Source of the DNA: a virus
Direction: 5' to 3' (one strand)
Length of the DNA: 64,000 nt
IMG/VR virus record: IMGVR_UViG_3300049489_001336
Location: 1 to 64,000 of that record
Notes under the pieces: generated by a model
What the model saw: only the letters and a program-made list of their open reading frames with translations
What the model was told of the DNA's origin: nothing
Databases searched by the model: none
Position numbers and translations under genes: made by a program
Shown here: positions 28,711-38,934 of the stretch, piece by piece
Layout: each line of letters starts with the position of its first letter
Position numbering within the stretch: the stretch's first letter is position 1

Positions 28711-31700
28711 ATGGCCACTGTCAAGCACGCTCTTCTTTCACCGGCGATCAATGCTCAGCCGGGTATTCCCAACGCTGAGGATGAAAAGCAGCTGTTCGAA
28801 GAGAAGTTCGGACAGATGGCTTATCAAGCGTTCTCTTCAAAATTTCCGGACTTGGTTCCCAATATCGTTACGTTCAAGATTTTGGATTCTGATCTTGAAA
28901 ACGGGACAGGTATTGGCGCGTTCATTATTGAACAAGAAGGGGACTACGTTTATGTCCCCGCTATTGTATCCGAAAATGAATTAAAGCCCTTTGATTTGAT
29001 GTACGTAAAGTCAAAAGACATCTTTTTGCCACTCTCCAACGAGTGGTTAGAAGAAGTCGCAAAGGGCACCATTAACTCCCTCGGGGAGGGCGTTAAGTTG
29101 CCCGATACCGTTGCGACCGACGTCGATATTCGCAATATCGTAGTTCCTCCAACTACGGGTCGTTATAGCTACGCAAGCTTTGAAGTGTCCCCGCGTGCAC
29201 GTATGCACGCTACCGCTTCGGAACCTCTTGGCCGTAGACTGACCAAGCTCGCGGAACTGGGTCCATTTCCGGGTGGCGGTGGCACGGGTGCCGGCGGTGG
29301 TGAAAATACGTTTGACCCTGAGCTTTGGGCCACGTTTGTGGAGCAGTTTCAGCGCATCCAACAGATGACGCCTGGACAGGCGCTCGACAGCAACATGGCA
29401 GATGTTGAGACGCTCTCCAAGATGTACAAGTCCCACCAAAAAACGTGGGAATTGATGAATACATCGGGACCTGCAGGCGCTGCCGTACAGCAACAAGCGG
29501 TACAGCAAGGGCAACCCATGCAGGCTCCCGCAAGCCCCCAAGGTATGCCTCCGGCACAACAAGGCATGCAGGTTACGGCATCTGCGAAAACGGCTAATGC
29601 ACCGCGCACCGTAGGCAGTAAACTCGACTCGCTTTTAGTAAATATCGCCAAAGGAGGCGCCTTAGGTGGTGGTGTTGGCGGCATAGCAGCGGCTGCCGAT
29701 GGCGACTCCTCCGACGTACCCAGCGGCATCGTGCATGGCGCTATAGGCGGTTTGTTAGCTGCCCCTCTAGGGGCTATAGCAGGAGAAGATATCGCAGCGC
29801 GCCATTTCCCCCACACCGGAGCTGTAAAAAGTAGAGCATTGGGTGCCGGCCTTGGCGTAGCTGCAGGCGGTTATTTAGGAGGTACTTCTGAACCTCCTGA
29901 AGTCGTCAATAACTACAACACATTCTCACTTGGAGATGCGGCGCGCTCGCTCATTCCTGGGCTGGGAATGTTGCGCACAGGCGCAGACCATGCCCAAGGT
30001 CTGCGTGACATGATTCGACATGCTCAAAAGAGCACCAAGCACGCGTCGTGTCTTCCTGAGTTTTTGACGCGTGCACCTAATACGGTAAAGCGCGCCTTTA
30101 CTAAGGTACTCGACAAAAATCCCCGGTTACTTAAGCACGCGGTTGATCAATACGGTGAAGACGCGTTGGTTGCTGCGCTCCGCGACACAAAGACTGCGGG
30201 CATGAGTAATACGGGTGGCGCTCTCCTTGTTGCTGACAAGGGAACTGACGCCAAGGCGTACTCAGACTTTTTCGGCGAAGCCGCACCCGAGGCTTTTACA
30301 GGAGTTCTTACGCGCGGCTATTACTTCAAAGATACGCGTAAATCTTTGAATTTAGCTGCGCAAGTTCAGGAATACCATGATTTCCAGGATACGCTGGATT
30401 CTGGTGTTTATAACCTGTACACTGAAGAAGGTGCTCCCAAAGCCGCGCTCGTTTTCGTAGAGCCTTTTGACCTCTTGTCGGCAGATCGCTTTACGTTCCC
30501 GCGCGACGAAAACCGCGTTAAACCCATCAAAAGTAGGGTCCCGGTAGACGCGCATCGCCGCGAGCCCCACAATCTTGGGCCTATTGAGCGTGACCTTCCC
30601 GACGCTCCCGACGTTGAACGGTCCCATAAATACAGCAGAATGGCCATTCTCGGAAATGGCGATTACGTGCTCACACACAAGCTTTTCGGCGAAAAAACAA
30701 CGGAAAGCCTGCTTAAGGGCACCGCTCTCTATTCTGCAATTTTGACAGAAAAGAAAGCACAGGTTTCTCGTGGCGTAGGTTGTTTCGTGGCCAAAAGAGG
30801 CGCGTCCTATTTAGGTACGCTGCCTGTCGAAGTCACAGAGATGACAACCGGCTCTGACGGCGTTATTCGCGGCAAACTTGGCGCTGTTGGTGGTTGGGAC
30901 GTACAGAGCTTCGTAATTGATCCAAAGGCGAACCTGAATCGCCCTATGAAACTCCGTGACCAGCGGTTGGTCCTTATCCCCGCAAGCTGGAAATGGGTTT
31001 CACTCAAAGACAGTAAAGAAGACAGCGACTTCTTGCGTACCGCCGACGCGCTGCACCGCATGGTTCTTAACACTCTGAAAAATGACGGAGTGAAAGAAGC
31101 CGCGGTGAAGAACGCGGGTCACAACATGTTTGCGGTGGACGGTGAGCGTGCACTGGGCAAAAAAGATGCGCTCGTAAAGATCGCACAGAAATACCACGTG
31201 CACGCATCTGCTGCAGAAGCAATGTTGAAAATTGCTTCACACGAAGGCGTATGCCGTGCCTACGTGATGTCTCCTACACGGTATCAGGCTTTAACTGAAC
31301 GCGTGAAAATTGCGCAGGGGCAAGCAGTCCCGCAAACGCCAATGGGCGCTCCTCCTGCAATGCAACAGGCACCTCAGATGCCTATGCAAGCAGCCCCTGC
31401 CCCGATGCCGCAAGAGCCTGCGGCACCTCCGGCACCTTCTCCAGTGGATCAAGCCTTTGGGGAATCTATGGGAATGCTGCAGCAACAAATGCAGCAACTC
31501 CAAGCACAGCTTGATGTGCTGATGATGGTACAACAGCGCGCTCAGCAAATTGAGTCTGGCGAAGCTGGCCAAATGGATCCTTCCCAAAGTATGCAAGGTA
31601 TGCCGCAAGGCATGGACCCTTCTATGGGCATGGACCCGGCTGCTATGGGCGGTCAAATGGACCCCTCAATGATGGGTATGGACCCTGCGGCACAACAGCA

Positions 31701-32082
31701 GCCTCCCATGCCGATCATGAATACGGAAGAGCCTTCTGCGGATGAAATTGCGCAGCAAATTAACCCCGCGTTTTTAGAAAACGCAGCGCAGTTGCACGAA
31801 ACAGGGGCTTTTGACGCGGGCACCATGGCCTCCCTCGCACAGAACTCGACATTAAAGTCGATCACGTCGCAGTTTGCTGCGAATTTTGAAAGCAGCATTG
31901 ACGACTTGGGGCGTTCCCTGTTGACGCTTTACATGCAAGAGCCGCAGCTCAAAGAGCAGTTAGGCGACCAAACATTTATTGATCTTGAGACACAGTTGCG
32001 TGATACATTTCATGGGCTTGGAAAACTGGTACTTTCTATGACCCACAACGCAACGATGTTAGATCCCAATGCGGTCGCCTAA
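28711..32082 (+). CDS. Large putative inner-head/ejection protein
   Basis: 1123 aa with glycine-zipper hydrophobic segments, M/Q/P-rich low-complexity tracts and multiple K-x-A motifs. The function is inferred from context. Confidence 0.55.
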   Translation: MATVKHALLSPAINAQPGIPNAEDEKQLFEEKFGQMAYQAFSSKFPDLVPNIVTFKILDSDLENGTGIGAFIIEQEGDYVYVPAIVSENELKPFDLMYVKSKDIFLPLSNEWLEEVAKGTINSLGEGVKLPDTVATDVDIRNIVVPPTTGRYSYASFEVSPRARMHATASEPLGRRLTKLAELGPFPGGGGTGAGGGENTFDPELWATFVEQFQRIQQMTPGQALDSNMADVETLSKMYKSHQKTWELMNTSGPAGAAVQQQAVQQGQPMQAPASPQGMPPAQQGMQVTASAKTANAPRTVGSKLDSLLVNIAKGGALGGGVGGIAAAADGDSSDVPSGIVHGAIGGLLAAPLGAIAGEDIAARHFPHTGAVKSRALGAGLGVAAGGYLGGTSEPPEVVNNYNTFSLGDAARSLIPGLGMLRTGADHAQGLRDMIRHAQKSTKHASCLPEFLTRAPNTVKRAFTKVLDKNPRLLKHAVDQYGEDALVAALRDTKTAGMSNTGGALLVADKGTDAKAYSDFFGEAAPEAFTGVLTRGYYFKDTRKSLNLAAQVQEYHDFQDTLDSGVYNLYTEEGAPKAALVFVEPFDLLSADRFTFPRDENRVKPIKSRVPVDAHRREPHNLGPIERDLPDAPDVERSHKYSRMAILGNGDYVLTHKLFGEKTTESLLKGTALYSAILTEKKAQVSRGVGCFVAKRGASYLGTLPVEVTEMTTGSDGVIRGKLGAVGGWDVQSFVIDPKANLNRPMKLRDQRLVLIPASWKWVSLKDSKEDSDFLRTADALHRMVLNTLKNDGVKEAAVKNAGHNMFAVDGERALGKKDALVKIAQKYHVHASAAEAMLKIASHEGVCRAYVMSPTRYQALTERVKIAQGQAVPQTPMGAPPAMQQAPQMPMQAAPAPMPQEPAAPPAPSPVDQAFGESMGMLQQQMQQLQAQLDVLMMVQQRAQQIESGEAGQMDPSQSMQGMPQGMDPSMGMDPAAMGGQMDPSMMGMDPAAQQQPPMPIMNTEEPSADEIAQQINPAFLENAAQLHETGAFDAGTMASLAQNSTLKSITSQFAANFESSIDDLGRSLLTLYMQEPQLKEQLGDQTFIDLETQLRDTFHGLGKLVLSMTHNATMLDPNAVA

Positions 32083-32800
32083 TCCACGGCATCGATTCGA
32101 GGCGCTCAGCCTTAAACGCGCTGCCCCGGAAACAGAACACGAACGCTCCTTGTTCGTGCTGCTTCATGGGGCAGCCGCGTTAAACACGCTTTGTCCGTTA
32201 CGGCCATGGTCGAAGGACGCTGTAATCGACCCCAGCGTTGAATACCCTTACTTAGTTTTTAGGACAGGCTCTATTCGCGCTGTGCTTGAGTCTTTTTTAC
32301 TCGCTTCTTCTAACGACGCAGAAGTTGCAGATTCTGTGTCTATGCCTCCTGAAGAGGTAGATATTTATCGTAATTTATTTTTTGATACGACCGTATTTAG
32401 AACTGAATTAGAGATTATAGTCTTCATGCAGTCTATTCCTGAAGACGATCCTTACAAGAACTTCTACCGAATTGCTTACCATCAGGGGTTGGGAGCCCTT
32501 CGCTGGCATTTCTGTCGTAACAAAGGCCAGATACCCGCTGAAGACGTGGTGCGAACTATCATGACGGATGCCTACTTCCGTTCTTTAGAGCACCGCGGGC
32601 AAGTTATTACGGGTAAATTGGCCAAAGAGGCTGCCAAATACGCTAAACTCTCTCTGGAGTGTGCGCGTGCCATTCTACAAAAGAATGACCTCCCTGAGGG
32701 AAGCACCGAGGATCTCCGGATTAAGTTCGAGGAAGCCCGCCAGAATCGAACAATCGCAGATCTACAGCGTGAAGTAGGTCCTGAGAAGGTGGTGCACTGA
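32069..32800 (+). CDS. Hypothetical protein (head module)
   Basis: Coupled open frame. Confidence 0.7.
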   Translation: MRSPNPRHRFEALSLKRAAPETEHERSLFVLLHGAAALNTLCPLRPWSKDAVIDPSVEYPYLVFRTGSIRAVLESFLLASSNDAEVADSVSMPPEEVDIYRNLFFDTTVFRTELEIIVFMQSIPEDDPYKNFYRIAYHQGLGALRWHFCRNKGQIPAEDVVRTIMTDAYFRSLEHRGQVITGKLAKEAAKYAKLSLECARAILQKNDLPEGSTEDLRIKFEEARQNRTIADLQREVGPEKVVH

Positions 32801-33582
32801 TGGCTTACGTCACTGAAAATGACTACAAGAAGATGGCGGAGGCTATCGCGGACGATCTCGTTAATAACGGGATTTCGCTCAATGATAGCGTTTCCAAGCT
32901 GGCTTCTTCGATGGACATGAACCACGAGCAAATTCGTCGCCTTTGCGAAACGACGAACAACGTGACGTTCAATAAAATGTTCCAATCAAAAGATAAAACA
33001 GCGTCTGATCGAATGATTGAATTCGATGTAGCAGATGCTGATAAAGTTCTTGGCAGCCTTATTAAGCGCGCGTCTTGGATTACTGTAGAAAGCCAAGACG
33101 TCGTATCGCTGTCAGAATACAGGTCTTTACGTGAGGACGTAGCTCCTATTCCTCTTGAAAAGACCGCCAGTACCTTTGAGTTGCGCCCCGAGGCTCGCGC
33201 GAATAAAGAGGTTGACCAGCGTACGCTGCGTAAAACACTCGACCATCTGCGGCATGAAAAAATTGCCACAGAGCTTTTACATACAGATGCTGTCAGTGAA
33301 CTGCGTAGCCAATTTCGGCGCTTGTATCGTGACATGTCTTTCGAGACGTTCGAAAAGAACGCGGTTGCGCTTTACGGCGAAAAAGCGGCGCCTGTTCTCA
33401 ACACGCTTCGCTCTCACATGCGACTTCCTGAAGTTACGTACAACTGTGCGTTGCTACAGAAAACGGCAGGTTATGTGGACGACAGCGCTATCGAATTTAA
33501 GCTTTTAGCTGAGGCGCTTTCTTCGGCAGAAAAGCTAAGAAACATCAACGCAGGCATCGCCAAGCTGGAGACTCTCGTATGA
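32800..33582 (+). CDS. Putative head assembly protein (K-x-A rich)
   Basis: SKLAS, DKTAS, IKRAS, EKTAS, QKTAG. Confidence 0.65.
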   Translation: MAYVTENDYKKMAEAIADDLVNNGISLNDSVSKLASSMDMNHEQIRRLCETTNNVTFNKMFQSKDKTASDRMIEFDVADADKVLGSLIKRASWITVESQDVVSLSEYRSLREDVAPIPLEKTASTFELRPEARANKEVDQRTLRKTLDHLRHEKIATELLHTDAVSELRSQFRRLYRDMSFETFEKNAVALYGEKAAPVLNTLRSHMRLPEVTYNCALLQKTAGYVDDSAIEFKLLAEALSSAEKLRNINAGIAKLETLV

Positions 33583-34175
33583 GTTTCGAAGATACCGTTA
33601 AAAAAATTGCGGCTTCACCTCTTATGCGAGAGCTTTTTGGTGAAGTGCCGTCTTATCTTTACAAAGAAGCAACAGGACAAGGACCAGCCCCTGGTCTTTT
33701 AGGGCGTATCTTTGGTGGCGCAAAAGACTCCACCACAGGGATGCAAGACGTTTATCGCAATATTGCAGGTAATGTCGGTGCAGGCGCACTGATGGCTGGC
33801 GGCGGTTATCTCGCGGGCAAGGCCGTAGATCGTGTAGGCGAACCGGACGAACAAATTCGCGCTAAGCAGCAGTCCCTCGGGCGGCTCATGGCGGAGCAAG
33901 ATTTCCGTAACACGAGCTTACAAAAGCTCAACCCGTTGCATGAGCAAGTTTTCACGGAATTGGGGGCAGACCCAATCATCGCTAAAGCCGATCCCCAATT
34001 GATTCAATCTGCCTACAGCACCATGAAGCGTATCGCGCCTCATTTAAGTGCGGACCCCAACGCAGCACGTAGTTTCTTACGTGAACATGCGATTTACGGT
34101 ACAGGGCCCAGTTACGCGTCTTTGAAAACTCTCGCAGACGCTGAGCAAGCAGTGTCGCGCGCTGGCGGAGGCTGA
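33579..34175 (+). CDS. Putative inner-head protein with glycine-rich hydrophobic segment
   Basis: KKIAA, YKEAT, and NVGAGALMAGGGYLAG. Confidence 0.6.
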   Translation: MSFEDTVKKIAASPLMRELFGEVPSYLYKEATGQGPAPGLLGRIFGGAKDSTTGMQDVYRNIAGNVGAGALMAGGGYLAGKAVDRVGEPDEQIRAKQQSLGRLMAEQDFRNTSLQKLNPLHEQVFTELGADPIIAKADPQLIQSAYSTMKRIAPHLSADPNAARSFLREHAIYGTGPSYASLKTLADAEQAVSRAGGG

Positions 34176-34177
34176 GC

Positions 34178-34936
34178 ATGGACTTCGATAAGTTGATGGA
34201 GAAAGTCAGTTCCGCTGAGTTACACATGAGTCCTGCACTGCAGGATGTAATGGCGCGTGTTCGCACGGTGGGTCTGCATAAGGCAGCTGCTGCCGTGAAC
34301 GGCATGCCTGAGATCACTGTAAAGACAGCGGCTCAACGCTTAGGTGCGCGCCTAGTTGAGCGCCATCGGCGTTATGAAAAAATCGCGTCAGGGCTTCAGT
34401 CTTTGGTCTTTATCGAAAAGACGGCAGTGTTGCCGTTTATGGGCTTGGGAGCAGTGGGTGCGCACCGCGCTAATCCAGAAGACCCCGCTTACATGGAGGG
34501 CGCAATGCTTGGTGCTCCAGGAGCCCTTTTGGGCGCTATACCTGCTACGCTAGCCGGGCACGCCATTGATAAATTGACAAAAACAGAAGGCGCAACACTC
34601 CCCGCAGGGGTACTAGGCGCGCTGTACGGCTCTTATAAACTTCCCGAAGTTTTGCTAAGGCCTAAGCAGAATAAAGAAGCGAGCGTACTGCCTCGCCCCA
34701 CAGCAGCTGTACCCAATCCTTCGCGTGTTGAAGGCCTTAAGCGCCTGTTAAAAGAGATGCAGGAAACCCCTCCCCAAATGCCGCAAGCGATGGGTGGCGC
34801 TATTGGCAGTGGTGGATCTTCCGGCATGTTTTCGGCATTTGATAATGCTGCCGAAGGCGTGAATCCCAAGGCAACACTGCGGGGTTCCATGCTGCCGCAT
34901 GAACTTCCTGCGATTCGCGCACTTCCTGGCCGCTGA
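34178..34936 (+). CDS. Putative inner-head protein with glycine zipper
   Basis: HKAAA, VKTAA, EKIAS, EKTAV, NKEAS, and GAMLGAPGALLGAIP. Confidence 0.6.
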   Translation: MDFDKLMEKVSSAELHMSPALQDVMARVRTVGLHKAAAAVNGMPEITVKTAAQRLGARLVERHRRYEKIASGLQSLVFIEKTAVLPFMGLGAVGAHRANPEDPAYMEGAMLGAPGALLGAIPATLAGHAIDKLTKTEGATLPAGVLGALYGSYKLPEVLLRPKQNKEASVLPRPTAAVPNPSRVEGLKRLLKEMQETPPQMPQAMGGAIGSGGSSGMFSAFDNAAEGVNPKATLRGSMLPHELPAIRALPGR

Positions 34937-34942
34937 GGATTT

Positions 34943-36802
34943 ATGAGCTATTCGAAAATCATTACGCTTGATGAGCACTTCGCTACGGGTGAACCGACCG
35001 TCCAGTTGGTTTCTACGTGGGGGCGTAATGGTAAGCTTTTGCGTGAAGCAACGTCGCTTCACAAGATCGCTAGTACGAATAGCCCCGCGCTTGATTACAT
35101 CCGTAATGTGGCACCTGAACCCGGCAAGAGCATCGTGCTTGTCGTTGGTTTAGGTGACCACGAAACGTATGGCCCGAATCGCAATGGTGACGGATTTCCT
35201 TCTCAACCAATGCGCGGGAAAATTGCAGCGGATGAAGTGCTAACAAAGCACTATCAAACGTACGATAACGCGCACGTATTTGAGCATCACGTAAATAACG
35301 ATCCCAGTAAAGCCATCGGTAAAGTTAAAAAGGCTTTCTGGAATCCTGCAATGCGGCGCGTTGAGCTCATCGAGGATTTCGATCACGAAAAGGCGCCGCA
35401 TCTTTTAGAGAAAATCGCAAGCGGTGAGTATCCAGCTAAGAGCATGGGGGCGCGCATCAAATACGATGTATGTTCCAATTGCGCCAATAAAGCCCGCACA
35501 CGCTCGGAATACTGTGACCATCTAAAATTCGCAATGAGTCGTATTGACCCCGAAACCGGGATTCAAAATGCTGCGCTTAACCCCAGTCCTCATTTTTTCG
35601 ATAGTTCTTGGGTTATTCGGCCTGCAGATCGTACTGGCTACATGCTTAAAAAGGTAGCTAAAGAGCACCCCTACGAGATTCGCTTGGGTGGCTTTGAATT
35701 CGGTGAAATCGTCAATGATTTATCTCAGAAAGCAGCTGAGATCGGTAAAGCTGCGGATATTGAGAAAATCATTCAAGGTGAACCCGCCGCGAGTGTGTCT
35801 AATTTAGACCCCGCCGACGCACGTCTTGTCGAGCGTTATATGCAGGAGTGCGCTTGTTCTGACGAGCCGAAAGACAATTCCGGCGTCGTCAATATCATGA
35901 TTTCTTACAAGCCCAATGAGGCGATGGACACTGCCGAAGCTGCAGGCCTTCCATTAGGTTTGAAAGAAATCATGCAAATGTTCTTGGGCAAATTGGATCC
36001 TGAACAAGGTCCAAGTTGTGCTTCACCTGAATTACTGAAGTCTGCGAATGACCATTTAGGTCTTATTTTCTCGGTATTTAATGCGTACCCGCGCTTTTAT
36101 TCAGACTTAATCAAAGAGGCGAATTTAGATCAACCTTTCGCGGTAAATGAAGACTTACTGCAAAAAATCGCGATTTGGGATAGTCCGACAGGAGACTACG
36201 TAAAGCGCACGGTGTTGCCGTCTAGCCTATATAGCGGGCGCCCCAAAACGGACGTACTTACGTGGACTGACCCTAATTCGGGCGTTCAGTACAAAACTAA
36301 CTACAATCACGTTCAACAAACCCAAGACGCGCTCATCCGTAAAGGTCTTAAAGACAAAGCAACCGTCAGTGGTGCTTTGTTAGGGACAGGCGCTTTACTA
36401 GGTGGCGCCGCTTACGGTCTTCGTCGTACGCGTGTACCGACGAACTTGCGCCGCGGAATGGGGCTTGTCGGTGCAGGTCTTGGTTTAGTTGGCGGCAAAA
36501 AGTTGATCGACCCTACACCTATTGCCGGACCAAAAATCGTAACTGATCAAGGCGAAACTATTTCTGGTTGGACGCCGATGGTTCAAAACAAAGCCGCCGG
36601 CTACAACCCCGACTTCGCTTACGTCGTAAAGCGCGCGTCAGAGAAACCCTCCAAGATGGATTCTCAGTACATTAAGGGATTCATATCTGGATTGAAGCAG
36701 GCTGAAATCCATGATGCTATGAGCCCCTTTATTGGACCGAACTTAGACTTCGACAAAGTTGCGCAAGCCCTTGGTACGTCGATATTAAAGCGTTCCGAGT
36801 AA
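34943..36802 (+). CDS. Prohead (maturation) protease with long C-terminal extension
   Basis: N.NGDGF, FEHH, KSMG, CSNC...YCDH and FFDSSWVIRPAD, which resembles the HK97/assemblin-type F.E.S.V..PA motif. Lies upstream of scaffold-like genes and the capsid gene. Confidence 0.75.
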   Translation: MSYSKIITLDEHFATGEPTVQLVSTWGRNGKLLREATSLHKIASTNSPALDYIRNVAPEPGKSIVLVVGLGDHETYGPNRNGDGFPSQPMRGKIAADEVLTKHYQTYDNAHVFEHHVNNDPSKAIGKVKKAFWNPAMRRVELIEDFDHEKAPHLLEKIASGEYPAKSMGARIKYDVCSNCANKARTRSEYCDHLKFAMSRIDPETGIQNAALNPSPHFFDSSWVIRPADRTGYMLKKVAKEHPYEIRLGGFEFGEIVNDLSQKAAEIGKAADIEKIIQGEPAASVSNLDPADARLVERYMQECACSDEPKDNSGVVNIMISYKPNEAMDTAEAAGLPLGLKEIMQMFLGKLDPEQGPSCASPELLKSANDHLGLIFSVFNAYPRFYSDLIKEANLDQPFAVNEDLLQKIAIWDSPTGDYVKRTVLPSSLYSGRPKTDVLTWTDPNSGVQYKTNYNHVQQTQDALIRKGLKDKATVSGALLGTGALLGGAAYGLRRTRVPTNLRRGMGLVGAGLGLVGGKKLIDPTPIAGPKIVTDQGETISGWTPMVQNKAAGYNPDFAYVVKRASEKPSKMDSQYIKGFISGLKQAEIHDAMSPFIGPNLDFDKVAQALGTSILKRSE

Positions 36803-36805
36803 AGC

Positions 36806-36834
36806 TTGTACAAACAAAGACTACGCCCTAAGAT
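36806..36834 (+). promoter_or_regulatory. Sigma70-like promoter of the scaffold/capsid operon
   Basis: TTGTAC-N17-TAAGAT in an intergenic gap. Confidence 0.6.
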
Positions 36835-36861
36835 TAACCACGAAACCCTTGAGAGGGACAC

Positions 36862-37413
36862 ATGGCTGAAGAGAGCGCATTTACCCGTATTTTGAACAGC
36901 CTCAACGCTGCTGATACCGGGGTATCCGAAAAAACCGCGTCTGCTAACACAACGCCAAACGCGGCCACACGTCTTGTGGAAACCGTGCGTTCTGTCGCAG
37001 CCTCCACAAATAAGACAGCTTCCGCTAAGGCAGCTCCCGTGACGCCCGCTGCTTCGTTGGAGCAGATGGCCAAGCAGGCGCAAGCTGCTGAGCAGGAGCA
37101 GTTGGTCAAAGAGGCCCATCTCATGGGCGCCGCGATGGCTGACGGTTTTATGGAGCGCTTTGCACAGTATGACGTTGCGCTTTCTGGCGTAAAGACAGCA
37201 TCGCCGGCTGTACTTCCAGAAGCTCAGATTCAGAAAATTGCGGAAGCCGCTTACAGCCGCGCCGTCCAGGACATGGAAAAACACGCTGAAGCGGAGTTCG
37301 AGCGGGGTTATCAAGACCAGCTCCAAGAGATTCACAAGATCGCGGCTGACATGCATTTCATTGGTCAGACCGCCGCCAGCACGCTCATTAACGAGGCGCG
37401 TAAGGCCCAATGA
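36862..37413 (+). CDS. Scaffold-like protein
   Basis: Ala/Glu-rich and helical; EKTAS, NKTAS, VKEAH, VKTAS, QKIAE, HKIAA. Confidence 0.6.
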   Translation: MAEESAFTRILNSLNAADTGVSEKTASANTTPNAATRLVETVRSVAASTNKTASAKAAPVTPAASLEQMAKQAQAAEQEQLVKEAHLMGAAMADGFMERFAQYDVALSGVKTASPAVLPEAQIQKIAEAAYSRAVQDMEKHAEAEFERGYQDQLQEIHKIAADMHFIGQTAASTLINEARKAQ

Positions 37414-38039
37414 GCCGCTACGTAAACATCAGCGAGCTTGCAGACCAGGTACTTGCGTCAGTAGCTACTGAAGCGAGTACAAAGGTAGCGTCTGCACCTG
37501 CTCCAGCTAAGGCTTCGGTTCCGGTAGCGCGTGACATCAAAAAGCTTGCTGATGATTTACGTGCAATGCCCGAACAAGATGAAGTAGGCGACGAAGACCT
37601 CCAAGCGGTTCTCAATGACCCTGAGGTTTTAGAGCTTCTTCAAGCATTAGAAAATGACCCTGAGCTCCTCCAGGCTCTTCTCAGCGAAGAGGACTTTGGG
37701 GAAGCTGAGCCTGGCATGGAAGAAATGCAAGGCATGGAGGGCATGCAAGGCATGGAGGGGCTCGATCCTTCCGCCGACCCCCTTTCTGCGCAACAAGGTC
37801 CTTCGGAAAAATCCGAAGGTAAGCGCGAAAAAGACAAAGGTGAATCTGATTCACCCGAAGGTAAGGATAAACCTGCGCCTTTTGGTCAAAAATCAGGGTC
37901 TCTCAGCGCAGACCTCCGTAAAATCGCCGCGTATTTACGCCAACAAGAAACACAAGCCAAGCGAGTACGCTTGGTAAAGGCAGCGGCAATGTTAAATGCC
38001 GCGACTGGCCTTCAGCACCTCATTGGGGGTTCAAAGTGA
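37410..38039 (+). CDS. Scaffold-like acidic protein with MQGMEG repeat
   Basis: TKVAS, RKIAA, VKAAA; 18-bp tandem repeat atgcaaggcatggaggg(c/g) near 37725-37760. Confidence 0.6.
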   Translation: MSRYVNISELADQVLASVATEASTKVASAPAPAKASVPVARDIKKLADDLRAMPEQDEVGDEDLQAVLNDPEVLELLQALENDPELLQALLSEEDFGEAEPGMEEMQGMEGMQGMEGLDPSADPLSAQQGPSEKSEGKREKDKGESDSPEGKDKPAPFGQKSGSLSADLRKIAAYLRQQETQAKRVRLVKAAAMLNAATGLQHLIGGSK

Positions 38040-38395
38040 GCAAGGTAAGTAGAACAAAGCTTGCTGGTGTGCTCGAAGCCGTCGCTGATTATATCGACGA
38101 AAACGAGAGCCAAAAGCTGGCTTCTGAAAAAGTTGCGCGTGAAGAGCGCATTCAAAAGCTCGCCAAGAGCTACGAAACCTCCACGGGTGAAACCTTGGCG
38201 CCTGCTTTTAAAGAAAAGCTGGCGAACCTTGATCCCGAAACCCTTGATCATTTACTCAAGGTTGCCAAAAATAACGATGAGTCTCCGGTCTCCTTAGGCG
38301 GGCCGGCGGATACAAGCGATACCCCGGCTCCCCGCACAGTCAAGGAAGCCGCGGCTCAAGCAGAAAACCGATTCCTTGACTGGCTCATTAGCTGA
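38036..38395 (+). CDS. Scaffold-like protein
   Basis: QKLAS, QKLAK, VKEAA; directly upstream of the capsid genes. Confidence 0.6.
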   Translation: MSKVSRTKLAGVLEAVADYIDENESQKLASEKVAREERIQKLAKSYETSTGETLAPAFKEKLANLDPETLDHLLKVAKNNDESPVSLGGPADTSDTPAPRTVKEAAAQAENRFLDWLIS

Positions 38396-38420
38396 AAACA
38401 GGCTCAGGAGATAAGTTCCA

Positions 38421-38888
38421 ATGGCAAGTCTCAATGACAAGTTCGACGTACTCCGCGGCTGGGAACCTGGTGGCGACGCTGGTGTTGACCAATCGCTCCC
38501 TCCGGTGAAGGTCAGTAACGTTCCCGTTACCCTTTTGCCAGGGTATATCGTTGCTCTTAATTCCAGCGGCGAAGTTAACGTCGCTACGACTGCTGCTGAC
38601 GTCACCCTGGGTACGGCACAGCCCCAGCGTGTGTATGTCGTAGTGGAAGGCAATGGCGCCGACTATTCGACCGTATTTACGGAGAAGGTCGTGTGCCTTC
38701 GCGGCAAGCTCACCGTGAAGACTGACAAGCTTGGTGCTTCGCAGTCGTTCCCGGTTAACGGCAAGGTGTCGTTCAGCGCGGGTCTCTTGGTTGACGCCGG
38801 CGCTACAGCGACCACGCAAGTCATTGGTACGGTACTCGCGAACAACGTGTCCGCGAACGGTACCATCACAGTCGAACTCGACCTGTGA
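38421..38888 (+). CDS. Putative capsid decoration/cement protein
   Basis: Small beta-rich protein immediately before the capsid gene, with the same strong C/G-ending codon bias. Confidence 0.55.
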   Translation: MASLNDKFDVLRGWEPGGDAGVDQSLPPVKVSNVPVTLLPGYIVALNSSGEVNVATTAADVTLGTAQPQRVYVVVEGNGADYSTVFTEKVVCLRGKLTVKTDKLGASQSFPVNGKVSFSAGLLVDAGATATTQVIGTVLANNVSANGTITVELDL

Positions 38889-38934
38889 TCGAACCCTAGT
38901 AATTACCCTGTAAAAAGGACACGGAGTTAAAATA

